From the NCBI RefSeq assembly GCF_006345805.1, contig NC_042997.1, positions 26,226,001 to 26,290,000 on the forward strand: a stretch of 64,000 bases of DNA, read 5' to 3'. Source of the stretch: Octopus sinensis. Lineage: Eukaryota. A model generated the notes under the pieces. The model saw only the letters and a list, made by a program, of their open reading frames with translations. It was not told where the DNA came from and did not search any database. Below, in pieces: positions 51,965 through 64,000 of the stretch (the first letter of the stretch is position 1; every line of letters starts with the position of its first letter). Position numbers and translations under genes: made by a program.

Positions 51965-52195
51965 GGCGGCGAGCTTGTAGAAACGTTAGCACGTCGGACG
52001 AAATGCTTAGCGGTATTTCGTCTGCCGTTACGTTCTGAGTTCAAATTCCGCCGTGGTCGACTTTGCCTTTCATCATTTCGGGGTCGATAAACTAAGTACC
52101 AGTTACGCACTGGGGTCGATATAATCGACTTAATCCGTTTGTCTGTCCTTGTTTGTCTTCCCTGTGTTTAGCCCCTTGTGGGTAATAAAGAAATA
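51965..52195 (+). mobile_element. SINE family D (second unit resumes at about 52870 after an RTE insertion)
   Basis: Same head and body as 43568. Confidence 0.8.
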
Positions 52196-52868
52196 TTCGC
52201 CATTGTATTCGCCATTTAGAATTCATTAAGAAGTGTGTGATCCCAAACGGTCAGGGTGCGGCTGAGGTCGATCATCGCATCAATGCTGCTCGATCTGCTT
52301 TTGGACACCTAAAGCGGTGTCTTTGGGACCAAAGGGCGAATATATCAGGCCGTCGTTCGTACAGTACTTCTGTATGGCTGTGAAACGTGGCCTATGCGGG
52401 TAGTCGATCGACGAAGGCTGGAAGTCTTCGACAATGATGGCCTCCGGTGCATTCTTCGCTGCCGTCGGGTGGATCAAGTTCCAACCGCCAATCTCCGACT
52501 TCGCCTGTCTCAACAGTTCCTTCCATCTGTCCTTCTGCAACGGCGCTTGCGGTTGTTTCGCCATGCATGTAGACATCCTGTGGGTGAACTGAGCCGTGAT
52601 GTCCTTCTCCCAACTCCACTTCCCAACTGGCGGAAACGCGCGGGTAGGCAGTTGAAGACCTGGGTTACGACGATCAAGGAGGACCTCTCCGTGCTCACAG
52701 GACCGCAGGTGGTCGGCCTGCGCCGATGGAACCGTGACTGGCTCGTTATCTCCAGTGAACTAGCGCAGGACCGTCGTGCGTGGGCTGCCATGGTTCGAGA
52801 TACCTCGAGGGTGGTAGAAGAAGCCAACTCAACCCGCCCAGGGTGAATGTCGCCACAAGTACAAGTAA
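52196..52868 (+). mobile_element. RTE-clade LINE 3' fragment with (AAGT)n tail
   Basis: LLYGCETWP-like region, RRLEVFDNDGLRCIL, RRLRLFRH, GRQLKTW, QDRRAW; possible TSD taaagaaata. Confidence 0.8.
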
Positions 52869-53224
52869 GTAAGTAAAGAAATAGGTATTTCGTCCGACTT
52901 TATTTTCTGAGTTCAAATTCCACTGAAGTCGACTTTGCTCTTCATTCTTTCGGGATCGATAAAACAGCTACAATTTGAGCACTGGTTTCAATGTATTCGA
53001 TTTAGCCCTTCTTGAATTTGCAGACCTTGAGCCAAGATTCGAAACCAATTTTACAATTAGCCTCCATCATAACTTTGATTTAGCATACCCATAACTAATC
53101 GGCATTTCAGCCAGGTCCATCCCGTTATTTTATTTTTCATGCATTTTCTATCTACGAATATATTATGAAACGTGTCGTTCTTTTTTTCATTTTTAACACG
53201 GTAGAGAATAAGACCTAGATATAC

Positions 53225-53290
<66 letters not shown>

Positions 53291-53291
<1 letters not shown>

Positions 53292-54340
53292 CTAGCAGAG
53301 ATACCCGGCGTTGCCTGGTTACATTCATTGAAGAATTAGACTTTTCTGTTATATTTTCTGAATGAACTGGAATATCTATGTTTCGAATTTCATTAAGATT
53401 GCAGATGAGGGTTATTTCCCTCTTTACACACCCTAAAAAAATTGTAATCGTGCCACATGGAAACCAAAAGACGAATGATCACAATAAGCACTCAGTTAAC
53501 CTACCCTAGTCGTTACCACTCCCAATGTAGGATTCCTCACGATCCAGGTGACAGGCACAGCCGTAAGATGCATTACGTATCTATAGCAATTGGAAGGGCG
53601 TGACCCAACTGAAATCAACATTAACAACTGTGTGACGTGAGGGCTTAGGAGAAATTAAAGTGTCACCTCTGGAGTTTGCAAATGACCACTATACTGATAC
53701 GTAACTGGGCAGAATGAATTTAAAATCTATAAATGTCTTTGAATAACCAGTCACTCATCTGGGAAGGCCTTGTAATCAATGTTACCATCTGGGGACTATG
53801 TGTGACCGAGTGATAATAAAAAGACTGAAAGGAGGTCTGCAATCAAATAACTTTACTCAACACTTTGCAACTGAATCAGTGGAGACAAAGATGCCTCTCA
53901 TTTACTTAACAATTTATGCTCCACATTGCAGAAATCACAATGTAAGTGTATGTCAAAGCAAACTGTTACACTGTCGTACCATTGAATTAGAAATAATGCC
54001 CAACTTTTATGCTCGGGTAACCCTACAGCTTCCAAGAGCACAACTGTAGTCGTTTTTGCTTAGATTAAATGACAAAATTGTGGGTGTCAAGTCCCCATGG
54101 AGGGGATCTTTCTAACTTTGTAAGAAGATGAAATTTTATAAATATTACTTCATTTGTGTCTAATATCTATGGTTAAAATTTCCTCAACAGTAAAAATATA
54201 TGAATTGTCATGGGGGTTATGGCCCTTATGCTTAGAATATAATTTCCAAATTTCATAAAGATCCATTCAGTACTTTTGACCTAGTTTTGGATCATAAAAG
54301 AAATGACTAAAATTTGGGAGTTAAGGCTCCCATCAGGGTG
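53291..54340 (+). mobile_element. Probable non-autonomous Helitron-like element inserted in (TA)n
   Basis: Starts ACTAGCAGAGATACCCGGCGTTGCC; 3' region ccaaatttcataaagatccattcagt; subterminal hairpin GGGAG-TTAAGG-CTCCC; no TIR or TSD. Confidence 0.55.
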
Positions 54341-54459
<119 letters not shown>

Positions 54460-54478
54460 GATATAGATATAGATATAG

Positions 54479-54513
<35 letters not shown>

Positions 54514-54777
54514 GATAAATTGATAGATACAACTGAGTGGGCAAACAAAAATATGAGACACAGCCTAGTGCTTTTTTATGTTGATAAGCCTAGTACTTAT
54601 TTTATTAGTTTGTTCTTGTGAAACCAGTAAGTTTTGTGGATGTAAATAAATGAACAGCAGCTGTGAAGCAGTGATGAGGGCGAAACACAGAGACAAAGAC
54701 ACACACATACACTTACATATATACATATATATAGACGATTGATTTGTTTCAGTTCCTGTCTACGAAATCCATATATA

Positions 54778-57515
54778 TTGTTGTTGGCATCCTTTTTGTC
54801 TTGGGAGACAATGGAGTTGCACATAAAATAATCTAGTCCGGCTTTTACATTTTATGTCCTAATACATCTCCTGCTGTGGCTGTGTTGTCCTATCCTGGAC
54901 AAACACTCCCTCTGGCAGGTGCCGCAAATGTAGCGAAGACTTTGCCTGGCTGGTTGTAATGTCATACTTTCTTGTTGACGTCTTTTCTTGTCTTTCCATT
55001 TCTCCTCTCCCTCTATGTCACTCCTTTGTGTTCCCTCTTTTACAGTACGTCGCCAATCTCCACGGTTGCTGGCAATTGCTTCCCAGTTGGTAATATTGAT
55101 GTTGCAAGCATTCATGTCCCTTTTGCAAACATCCTTGTATCGTAAGAACGGTCTTCCCACAGACCTAGTGCCCCTAGCAAGCTCTCCGTTGAGTATGTCC
55201 TTGGGGGATTCTGCCATCTTCCATACGGCTAATATGTCGAAGCCATCTCATACGTATTTGTGTGAGGAGTGTAAACATACTTGGTATTCCTGCTTGCTTG
55301 AGGACATCTTTGTCGGGGACATGATTCTGCCATTTGATGCGAAGGATTTTCCGGAGGCAGCGCAGGTGAAAGATATTTAGGCGACATATAGCATCGTATG
55401 ACGTGTGTATGGCGTCCAAGTCTCACTACCATACAGTAGAGTGCTAAGTAGACATGCCTGGTAAATCTTCATTTTTGTGGTCTTGGTCAGCTTATTGTTG
55501 TCCCATGCTCATTTGGAGAGTTGGGCCATCACAGCAGCTGCCTTGCCAATGCGTATATTGAGCTCAGTATCAAGGGATAGGTTGTAGGTGACGGTAGAGC
55601 CAAGATAGGTAAACTTCTCCACCTCCTGTAGTCTGTTGTCTCCAATATGTATGTTTGGGATGGTCGATGTAGCCTGACCCATGATGTTGGTCTTCTTGAG
55701 GCTGATAAATAAGCCAAAGTTTCCACATGCTTGCTCAAAACAGTTGATGAGCCTTTGTAGGGCTTCTTCTGTGTGTGATACCAGAGCGGCATCATCAGCA
55801 AATAGCATCTCCTTGATCAGGACGCTTCTGATTTTGGTCTTGGCACGCAGACGCGAGAGATTGAACAGTTTCCCATCACTTCTACTGTGCAGAAACACTC
55901 CATCATCTGATGTCACAAAGGCATGTGACAGCAGCAGCGAGAAGAAGATGCCAAATAATGTAGGAGCAAGGACACAACCTTGCTTTACCCCATTTTTTAT
56001 TTGGAAGGCGGCTGATGGTGAACCATTGTGCTGTATGGTGCCTTGCATATCATCATGGAAAGATGCGATGATCCTCACCAGCTTTGGTGGACATCCGATT
56101 TTTTGGAGCAGGATGAAGAGGCCTTTTCTACTTACCAAGTCAAAGGCCTTTGTCAGATCAATGAAGGCCATATATAATGGCATTTTCTGCTCTCTGGACT
56201 TCTCCTGAAGTTGGCGTATGGAGAATATCATGTCAATAGTTGATCTGCATCTTCTAAAGCCACACTGCGATTCTGGATAAATTCGAGAAGCAAGCAGTTG
56301 CAGCCTGGACAGGATAATGCGAGCAGAGGCCTTTCCAACAGTGCTTAGAAGAGATATTCCACGGTAATTGTTACAATCACCATGGTCACCTTTGTTTTTG
56401 TAAAGCGTAATGATGTTAGCATCCCGCATATCCTGAGGGACTGTACCCTCTTCCCAGCACTGACACAGAAGCTCGTGAATGTTCCGAAGCAGGATGGTGT
56501 TTTTGCCGGTTTTGATGATCTCTAAGGGGATGCCGTCTTTTCCCCGGAGCCTTGCTACTTGCTAGAGAGTCAATAGCCTTGGTGAGCTCTGCTATAGATG
56601 GCTGACTGTCAAGTTCACACATGACTGGCAAGATCTTGACACCCTCGATTGCAGCCTCAGCTACCATGGTCTCTCGTGAGTAGAGATCCTGGTAGTATTC
56701 CACCCATCTATCCATTTGCTTGCTTTGGTCCTTGATGAGATCTCCAGTAGTTGATTTCACAGGGGCTGACTTGGTTGCGGATGGACCGAGGGCCTTCTTC
56801 AAACCGGCATACATCCCACGGGTGTCGCCACTGTCAGCAGCTGACTGGATACTCTGACAGATTTCCTGCCAATACCTATTTGCACAGCGTCTGGCAGTCA
56901 GTTGGGTTTTATTTCTTGCCTTTCTGAGTTCTTCGAGTGACTTTATAGAAGATCACTCTTGTATTACATCAGAGCTGCACGCTTTGTTTCGATAACTGTT
57001 TCTAGCTCTGAGAGCCCAGCACTGAACAAAATCTGGGTTTTGCCTTTCTCTCATGCCGAAAGTATCTATTGATGTGGTATACAAAGCTTCCCTGATATAA
57101 TTCAACATACTTTCAGCAGAGGAGGCTGGGCAGCTACTGAGGGTAACTTTGATAGAAACAGCAAAACATTGTCGCAGTGTTAGGGTCGGAGGTTCTGGCA
57201 GTGTTAATGCGTGGTCGGCCCATTTTCTTGGAGTGATGAACTTTTTAGGCAGAATCCTCACCCTGCTTCTTATTAGTGAATGATCTGTGTCACAATCCAC
57301 GCCGTGGTAACTACGAGTCAGTAGAAGAGAATTCAGAAAGGGTCTTCGTGTAATGATGAGATCCAGCTGATGCCAGTGGTGAGATCTTGGATGTCTCCAA
57401 GATGCCTTGTGGGATGTCTTGTTGGCAAAGAACGTGTTAGTGATGCACAGGTTATGGTATGTGCAAAATTCAAGTAGTCTCTGACCATTGTCATTCATGT
57501 TGCCAATACCTCAAA
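54778..57515 (-). mobile_element. RTE/BovB-like LINE, 5'-truncated within the AP endonuclease, frameshifted
   Basis: EN motifs NDNGQRLL, NTFF, WRHPRS..WHQLD, CDTDH; RT motifs KAPG, YRGISLL, QCGFR, FIDLTKAFD, VKQGCVLAP, LFADD, FTYLGS; (CAA)n tail. Confidence 0.93.
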
Positions 57516-57571
57516 ACACATACACTTACATGTATATACGATCGATTTGTTTCAGTTCCTGCCTACGAAAT

Positions 57572-57703
<132 letters not shown>

Positions 57704-57711
57704 ATAAAATA

Positions 57712-57874
57712 GGCGCAGGAGTGGCTATGTGGTAAGTAGCTTGCTTATCAACCATCTGGTTCTGGGTTCAGTCCCACTGCGTGGCACCTTGGGCAAGTGT
57801 CTTCTACTATAGCTTCGGGCCGACCAAAGCCTTTTGAGTGGATTTGGTAGATGGAAACTGAAAAGAAGCCCGTC

Positions 57875-57961
<87 letters not shown>

Positions 57962-58197
57962 ATATATATATGTGCGTGTGTGTGTTTGTGTGTCTGTGTT
58001 TGTCCCCCTAGCATTGCTTGACAACCGATGCTGGTGTGTTTATGTTCCCGTTACTTAGCGGTTCGGTAAAAGAGACCTATAGAATAAGTACTGGGCTGAC
58101 AAAAGAATAAGTCCCGGGGTCGTGTTGCTCGATTAAAGGCGGTGCTCCAGCATGGCCGCAGTCAAGTGACTGAAACAAGTAAAAGAGCAAAAAGAGT
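57712..58197 (+). mobile_element. SINE family C
   Basis: Same as 4707; long internal (TA)n. Confidence 0.85.
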
Positions 58198-58875
58198 ATA
58201 TGCATACACACACATACATACATATATATTTGGAATTTACAAAAGAAACGAACAAAAGACGAAGACGGGTGTGTAAACAGCAAACAGGTTTATTAGTTTA
58301 ACGCCCCGGTCTTAGGAAAATTTATATAGGGAGTACTACTAATTTTCAAATTAGATATAGGGGACAGAAGAATTCATTTATTCACCCCTATATAAAAAAT
58401 TACAGACATTTTAGTATTTGTAAGCATAAATATTTAGCGTCTTATAATTCTCTTCAACTTTAAAATATAATTTTTTACAATATAAAAGCTTTTTGAAAAT
58501 ACGGTCCAATTAGATGATTAGCTCCAATGGACACTTATACACAAACCTGTAATCTTAAATTATTTTTTTATAGTAGCGAGTGTAATATTCCCATTGGCTA
58601 TTATTTGCATGATTAACTAAAGTTAACCTTTCAATGAATTTCATTTCTCATTTAAACGATATTCAAAAACTGAACTTTCACCATGTAGTGCCTTACTGCT
58701 TTTTGTTGGATTTTACCTGAGAAAGGAACCCTGAGGAAGGAGGGCTGAATTTCGAATACTTCGTACAACCACTTTTCTGAAACGGCTGCAGGTTAGGAAA
58801 AAAATTTTAATCTCCTCTTTCAATTTAGGTTTTTATTTTTCATGTTTATATTCGTATTTCATTGTTATGTTTATA

Positions 58876-59439
58876 TTGGATTGTCCGGAGAGTTCGTACC
58901 GATTTTTAAAGGAAAGTAAAGGTCACTAAATACTTGCCATTACATTTTTAATCAACCAAATATGAACCATTTCGTTGCACAATACGTCTCCATCTTTCCT
59001 TTACCTTGAAAATACCCTCTTCCCAGAATTGAGGTGGTTTCAAGGCAAAGAATTCGTCAAGGTATCTTTTTATGTCATCCAAGGAATTGAAATTTTTACC
59101 ATTAAGACTATTCTGCAGAGACCTGAATAAGTGGAAATCCGAAGGAGCAATATCTGGGGAATGGGGAGGGTGGGGGTAACATCCCAGCCGAGCTGCAGCA
59201 ATTTTTGTCTGGTTCCCAAAGCATCAAGTGCAGAAAATGAACTTTCTCATCTTTTATTTTAAAGGGTTACAGAATTAACACAGGTTATAGGAACATAAAC
59301 CTTCTTCCACGAAAAGATAGCTTAAACTGTGCACTAAATGGAGGTATAGTCAAATCCTATTTTATGGACTCAAATATGTTCTAAAATAAGTCGAAAGATA
59401 AGCTACAATAAATCGACACGAACTTTCCGGACAACCCAA
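58876..59439 (-). mobile_element. Internally deleted mariner (non-autonomous), copy 2
   Basis: Same TIRs, TA flanks and deletion junction as 44306-44863. Confidence 0.9.
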
Positions 59440-59686
59440 TATTACTATATTTTTATCATGAAACTCTTAATATAAATATGTGTATATTCGTATGGAATAA
59501 TACCTCACGTGCTACATCTGAATTTTCTTGTCTGAATGTTTTAAGACAAATATCCGAAATTTTTATCGTATACCACATTTCATTAATACTTAGCTCACAT
59601 CCGGAGACAAAAATGTTGTACTATATACTGCAGGTTATCTCCATTAAAATTCTCGTATTATATACATTAAATATATATAATATACA

Positions 59687-60399
59687 CACTGGCGAAAATA
59701 AATTTAAGACCGATATTTCTTACAAAATATTGTTACTAGTCCTTTGCCGATTTTTATATTGACCAGTCTCCGAGTATAACTTCCACGCTTGCACGCAAGC
59801 CGGTTTACTGCACTTTAGTTGCTTGCTGATGTTCGAAAAGGAAACTTTTTGTTGTAATATACGATTTTTTCTCTCGTGACTGGACTAAGGCTACGTTGTT
59901 TTCCCATTATTAATAAATTGTATTATAACATTAAATTATAACTTTATATGATGCATTTAGGCTCGTTGTGTGACCACCCATTTTGGCCAAAAAAATTGCA
60001 TACATATTACATGGTGTTAAACTAATTTTGCCGGTAAATTTGAAACGTTTATATTACGTTCTGAGTTCAAATTCCGCTGAGGTCGACTTTGCCTTTCATC
60101 CTTTCAGAGTCGATAAATTAAGTACCAGTTATGCACTGGGGTCGATGTAATCGACTTAATCCCTTTGTCTGTCCTTGTTTGTCCCCTCTATGTTTAGCCC
60201 CTTGTGGGCAGTAAAGAAATATATGTTAATTTAGCATTAGAATTCTTCAAGTTGTATAAAAATTGTTTGCATCATTCGAAAGAGAAATAAATTTTGCTTA
60301 AGGTGTAAAAGATATAAATAATTTGTATGGTGTTAGTAACAAAATATTTTGTAAGAAATAGAACTTTTATCGTCGGTCTTAAATATATTTTCGCCGATG
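59687..60399. mobile_element. MITE with about 27-bp imperfect TIRs, containing a SINE fragment
   Basis: cactggcgaaaataaatttaagaccga ... tcggtcttaaatatattttcgccgatg; TA-rich flanks. Confidence 0.6.
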
Positions 60400-60408
60400 T
60401 ATATATCT

Positions 60409-61500
60409 CAGGTCATCCCATAAGTTCTGTTCGAAGTTTGGATAAAGAATCCAAGTGATCAAATGTTGAATATAATTGAAAGTTAATCATCAATGTACTT
60501 TCCCTGATTATCTATGACTTACTTCCATCTATTTACAAGCTTTTTAATCCCATCAATGTAAAGCTCTTTTTGTTTTAAAGCTAAGAACTCTGAAATGTCA
60601 GGTTCGACTTCCTCCTGGCTTGCGAAAGTTGTGTCCCCCTAATAATTCTGTAAACTATGAAACAAATGGTATCCTGAAGGAGAATGGTCGGGAGAATAAG
60701 TTGGATGAAGAAATTTTTCAAACCGACCTCTTCGATCTTCTGTGATGTGATCTTTGCAGTGTGGGGTTGCGCATTGTCCTCATGAAACATCACTCGTTTT
60801 CGACTCACTAAAGCGGCTCTTTTTTCCTTCAAAGCTTGGTTCAAACGCTCTAATTGCTGACAGTAGACTTGAGCATTGATTGTTGCATTAGGTGGTAACA
60901 ATATAAAGTGAATTACGCCTTTGCAATCGCACCAGATAGAGTAGAACCTTTTTCCCATGAAGTTCCCTTCTCGGTTGTGGTTGAGCATTTTCCCTTTTAC
61001 CAAGCCACTGTTTACGTTTAACATTTCGATAGAAGATCCATTTTTCGTCACAAGTCTATCGAAAAAGGGTGAAATGAGTTTGCGAGAATGGAGAGAAGAG
61101 CAGATGTCAACTCGGGATTTGCGATTGCTTTCGGACAATACATGAGGCACCTATTTTCCAAGTTTAGGAATCTTTCCACGTTGTTGAAGATGACGATGAA
61201 CTGTTGTATGGTTTGAAGTAAGCTTTATTGCCAATTCTTCAACTGATAATGACGGATTTTCTTCATGTAATGCCTCAAGGAGCTTATCATCAAACTCAAC
61301 TGGACATCCTATTCGATCTTCATCTTCAATTTTGCAAACGATCTCCTGCAAGTTCTTTCATTCAAGCACTTTCCCATAAACTGAGTGTATATTTCGAGTC
61401 ACTTCGGCTGCAGAGTTACCTTTATTGTACTCATAAAAAATTATATGTGCCTTAAATGCTCCTTGGATACTTTCATGTTGAAAGGGTTTTAATCAAAGCA
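60409..61500 (-). pseudogene. Degraded mariner transposase
   Basis: MKVSKEHLRHI, G.PVEFDD HTH region, K-(W)VPHVL, DRLVT, YCQQL, FHEDNAQPH motifs, with frameshifts and stops. Confidence 0.85.
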
Positions 61501-61505
61501 ATTTT

Positions 61506-62821
61506 AGGGTGTCCACGAAGTCTGGGTACAAGGAATAAAATCATAACATAAACAAATATAAGAAATAATAATTTTCCTTTTTTACTTTTGTTTAAATTAA
61601 ATTTAAAAAATACTTTGCTTTTCTAAATTTATTTGTTATTTTTTCTACAGATGATCGAATTATGGCTCTGTCTAAAGAAGAAAGAATCCCAGATCGAATG
61701 ATGGATCTGTCTAAAGAAGAAAGAATCGAGTTAGTATTATTAAGTGAACGAGAGGGATGGTCTTATCGCAAAATTGCGGAAGAATTTAATCTTCGACACC
61801 CTTATAGGTAACCTATTGTTTTCACTGCCATCGGGAAATTTATCAAGAAATTTAAAGAAACAGGCAGTGTTTTGGATAAATCCCGTTTCGGGCGATCAAA
61901 GGCTTCAGATGAAACGAAAGAGGCTGTCATGGCTAAAGTTTCTGCTAGCCCAAAGAAATCACTTCGTCGGACATCCACGGTGTTAGGTGTTCCAAAACCA
62001 ACCATCCACAAAATACTGGTTGAGGAAAAGTTTCCTCGATACAACCTACAGATATTGCATTACTTAAATGAAGACGACCCTGATAGACGAATGTAGACGT
62101 GCGAATGGTTTTCAGATAAACTAGATGAGAATATCAATTTTACGAAACACTTTGTTGTTCAGGGACAAAGCTACGTTTAATGTAAGTGATAAGGTCAACA
62201 AACAGAATCTTCTATACTAGTCTCGAGGTAATCCACATTGGATAGATCCATCCAAACAGCAAGGCAGCAAAAAGGTGATGGTGTGGTGTGGTTTGTGGAA
62301 AGCTCATGTTCTAGGACCCTTCTTCATTGAACATGTAACGGATGAGAATTCTGTAAACATATTGAGAGACAAATTAATATCTCAAATTGAGCGCCTAGGC
62401 GAGGGCCTTCCGAATTAGTTTCAGCACGATGGGGCTCCTACCCATTTTGCCACAACTATTAGAGATTGGCTTAATGACACTTTTTCTCACTGGATTGGAA
62501 GAAGGGCTCATACAGAAAGGTCCCCTCGTTCACCAGACCTTCTCCCCTTGATTTCTTTTTCTGGGGTATGTTGAAAGAGAAAGATTACAATAAAGATTAC
62601 AGATTTAAAATACATGAGAGAACGCAGTGTGCTGAAATTGATGGCAATGTAGACTTATTTAATCAAGTTCACCTGAATTTTGCAAGGCGCATCAAGTTAT
62701 GCATTGAAAAATGATGGAAATCACTTTGAAAATATTATTTATTAACATTATAATTAAATAAAATTGGTTTGTTCTAAAAGTATCTGTTAATCCCCATGTA
62801 CGCAGACTTTGTGGACACCCT
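61506..62821 (+). mobile_element. Tc1/mariner-superfamily element (rosa/DD41D-like), both TIRs present, degraded transposase
   Basis: TIRs agggtgtccacgaagtctgggtaca / tgtacgcagactttgtggacaccct; KFKETGSVLD..R.GR, KVMVWCG, FQHDGAPTH, SPRSPDLSPLDFF with 40 residues between the last two Asp. Confidence 0.85.
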
Positions 62822-63185
62822 TTATTATTTCGTAAAACAATATTGAATTAGTTTAAACGTACACAAATGCATAAAAATAATTTTTAATTGAATTAGACAT
62901 TTGAAAATACTATTAAATTTCATTCAAATCTAAAAAAAAGGTAAAATTGGACAGAACTGATTGGATGACTTGATATATAAAATCTATGATATTCTAGTAG
63001 GTTTCAAGTTTATAACACATTGATATCTCATGTTATCTCATTTTATATGCTTAAGACGTTTATTTTCTATTCTGGTTTTTATATATTTCTATACATTATA
63101 TTTGTATCTATAATTTATTTTAAGCCGAAACATAATGCGATCCTTGTACAAACGAAAGAACAAGAATGTCCTCTGGAACTTTTAT

Positions 63186-64000
63186 GTTAGTTAGTTAGTT
63201 AGTTAGTTAATTTGGCTCAAAAGCAAATAGCAAGGCCATGTAGGGGGACATGGAGTTAAGTACAGGGTGGTGTTCATGTAAAGAGTTCAGGCCACTTGAG
63301 GTCCAGGGAGGCTTTGAACAAAGCGGTCGTCGGCATCTTCACCATCTCATCTGGCAGCTTGTTCCACGGATCCGCAACCCGGACGGAGAAAGCTCCTCTC
63401 CTTCGATTGAGATGAAATCGTCGCAGGTAGAGCTTTTCGGAATGACCCCGCAGCCGACGCTCCGGAGCAGGAGTGAAGAACAGCTCTTTCGAGAGGTTAC
63501 ACTTCCCGCTTATGATGTTGTGGGCGAGAATGAGATCACCACGGCGGCGGCGTTTTTCAAGAGAATAAAGGTCAAGCGTCCTCAGCCTTTCTTCGTAGGA
63601 CAAATATTTGAGACCATGAACCAGCGGGTAGCCAGCCTCTGGACTCTTTCGAGGTGCTGTATGTCTTTGAGGAGAATAAGGAGAAGAGGCTTGAATCCCA
63701 TACTCCAATATGGTCTCACCAGCGTGACATAGAGTGGCAGGAATATGGCTGCTGTGAGCACTCCGAATGACCGTCGAATCAAAAACAGAATTCCGCGCGC
63801 TTCGTTGGCAGCATGGACGCACTGGGCCGAAGGCGAAAAGGAGGAATCCACCAAGATACCCAGGTCCTTTACCTGATCGGTCCTCTCCAGCACTTTGACA
63901 CGTTCAGACACAGGTCCCAATCGTTAGACCACTTCCAAATTTGGTGGAGGCATCGACGAAGATCCTCTATACTACCGCGAGGAGCGACCAGTTTGATATC
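63186..64000 (-). mobile_element. CR1-clade LINE 3' portion, continues beyond the window
   Basis: VKDLGILVDS, LYVTLVRP-ILEYG, LERVQRLATR, SYEERLRTLDLYSLEKRRRRGDLI, FSVRVADPWNKLP; (CTAA)n tail. Confidence 0.9.

Overview
Eukaryotic, AT-rich, microsatellite-dense animal DNA. The SINE families and the (TA)n/(CA)n/(GATA)n load suggest an octopus or other cephalopod; this is an inference, not a database result. Two things stand out, and the ORF track shows neither. (1) A head-to-head pair of small, spliced, secreted Kazal-type inhibitor genes. The + strand gene can be rebuilt in full (exons 11414-11450, 23913-24039, 30144-30198; 72 aa). The - strand gene has exons 5332-5296 and 838-703, and its last exon is unresolved. 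(2) A complete but frameshifted Penelope-like element (RT plus C-terminal GIY-YIG, Hydra-clade-like) at 15861-21020, inside intron 1 of the + gene. Each of its ~530-bp direct terminal repeats carries a type I hammerhead ribozyme with a palindromic stem III and an unusually long stem II. At least six more minimal or degenerate hammerheads lie elsewhere, two of them on the arms of a 453-bp foldback. The rest is transposon-derived: an R4/Dong-like LINE beside (TAA)n, an RTE LINE with a ~65-75-bp flanking duplication, CR1/L2 and RTE 3' fragments, mariner and rosa-like Tc1 elements, MITEs, a probable non-autonomous Helitron, and about 30 tRNA-derived SINE copies with visible head/tail module swapping. 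Most ORF-track entries are microsatellite artefacts. No rRNA, functional tRNA or CRISPR array was found. SINE boundaries are approximate.
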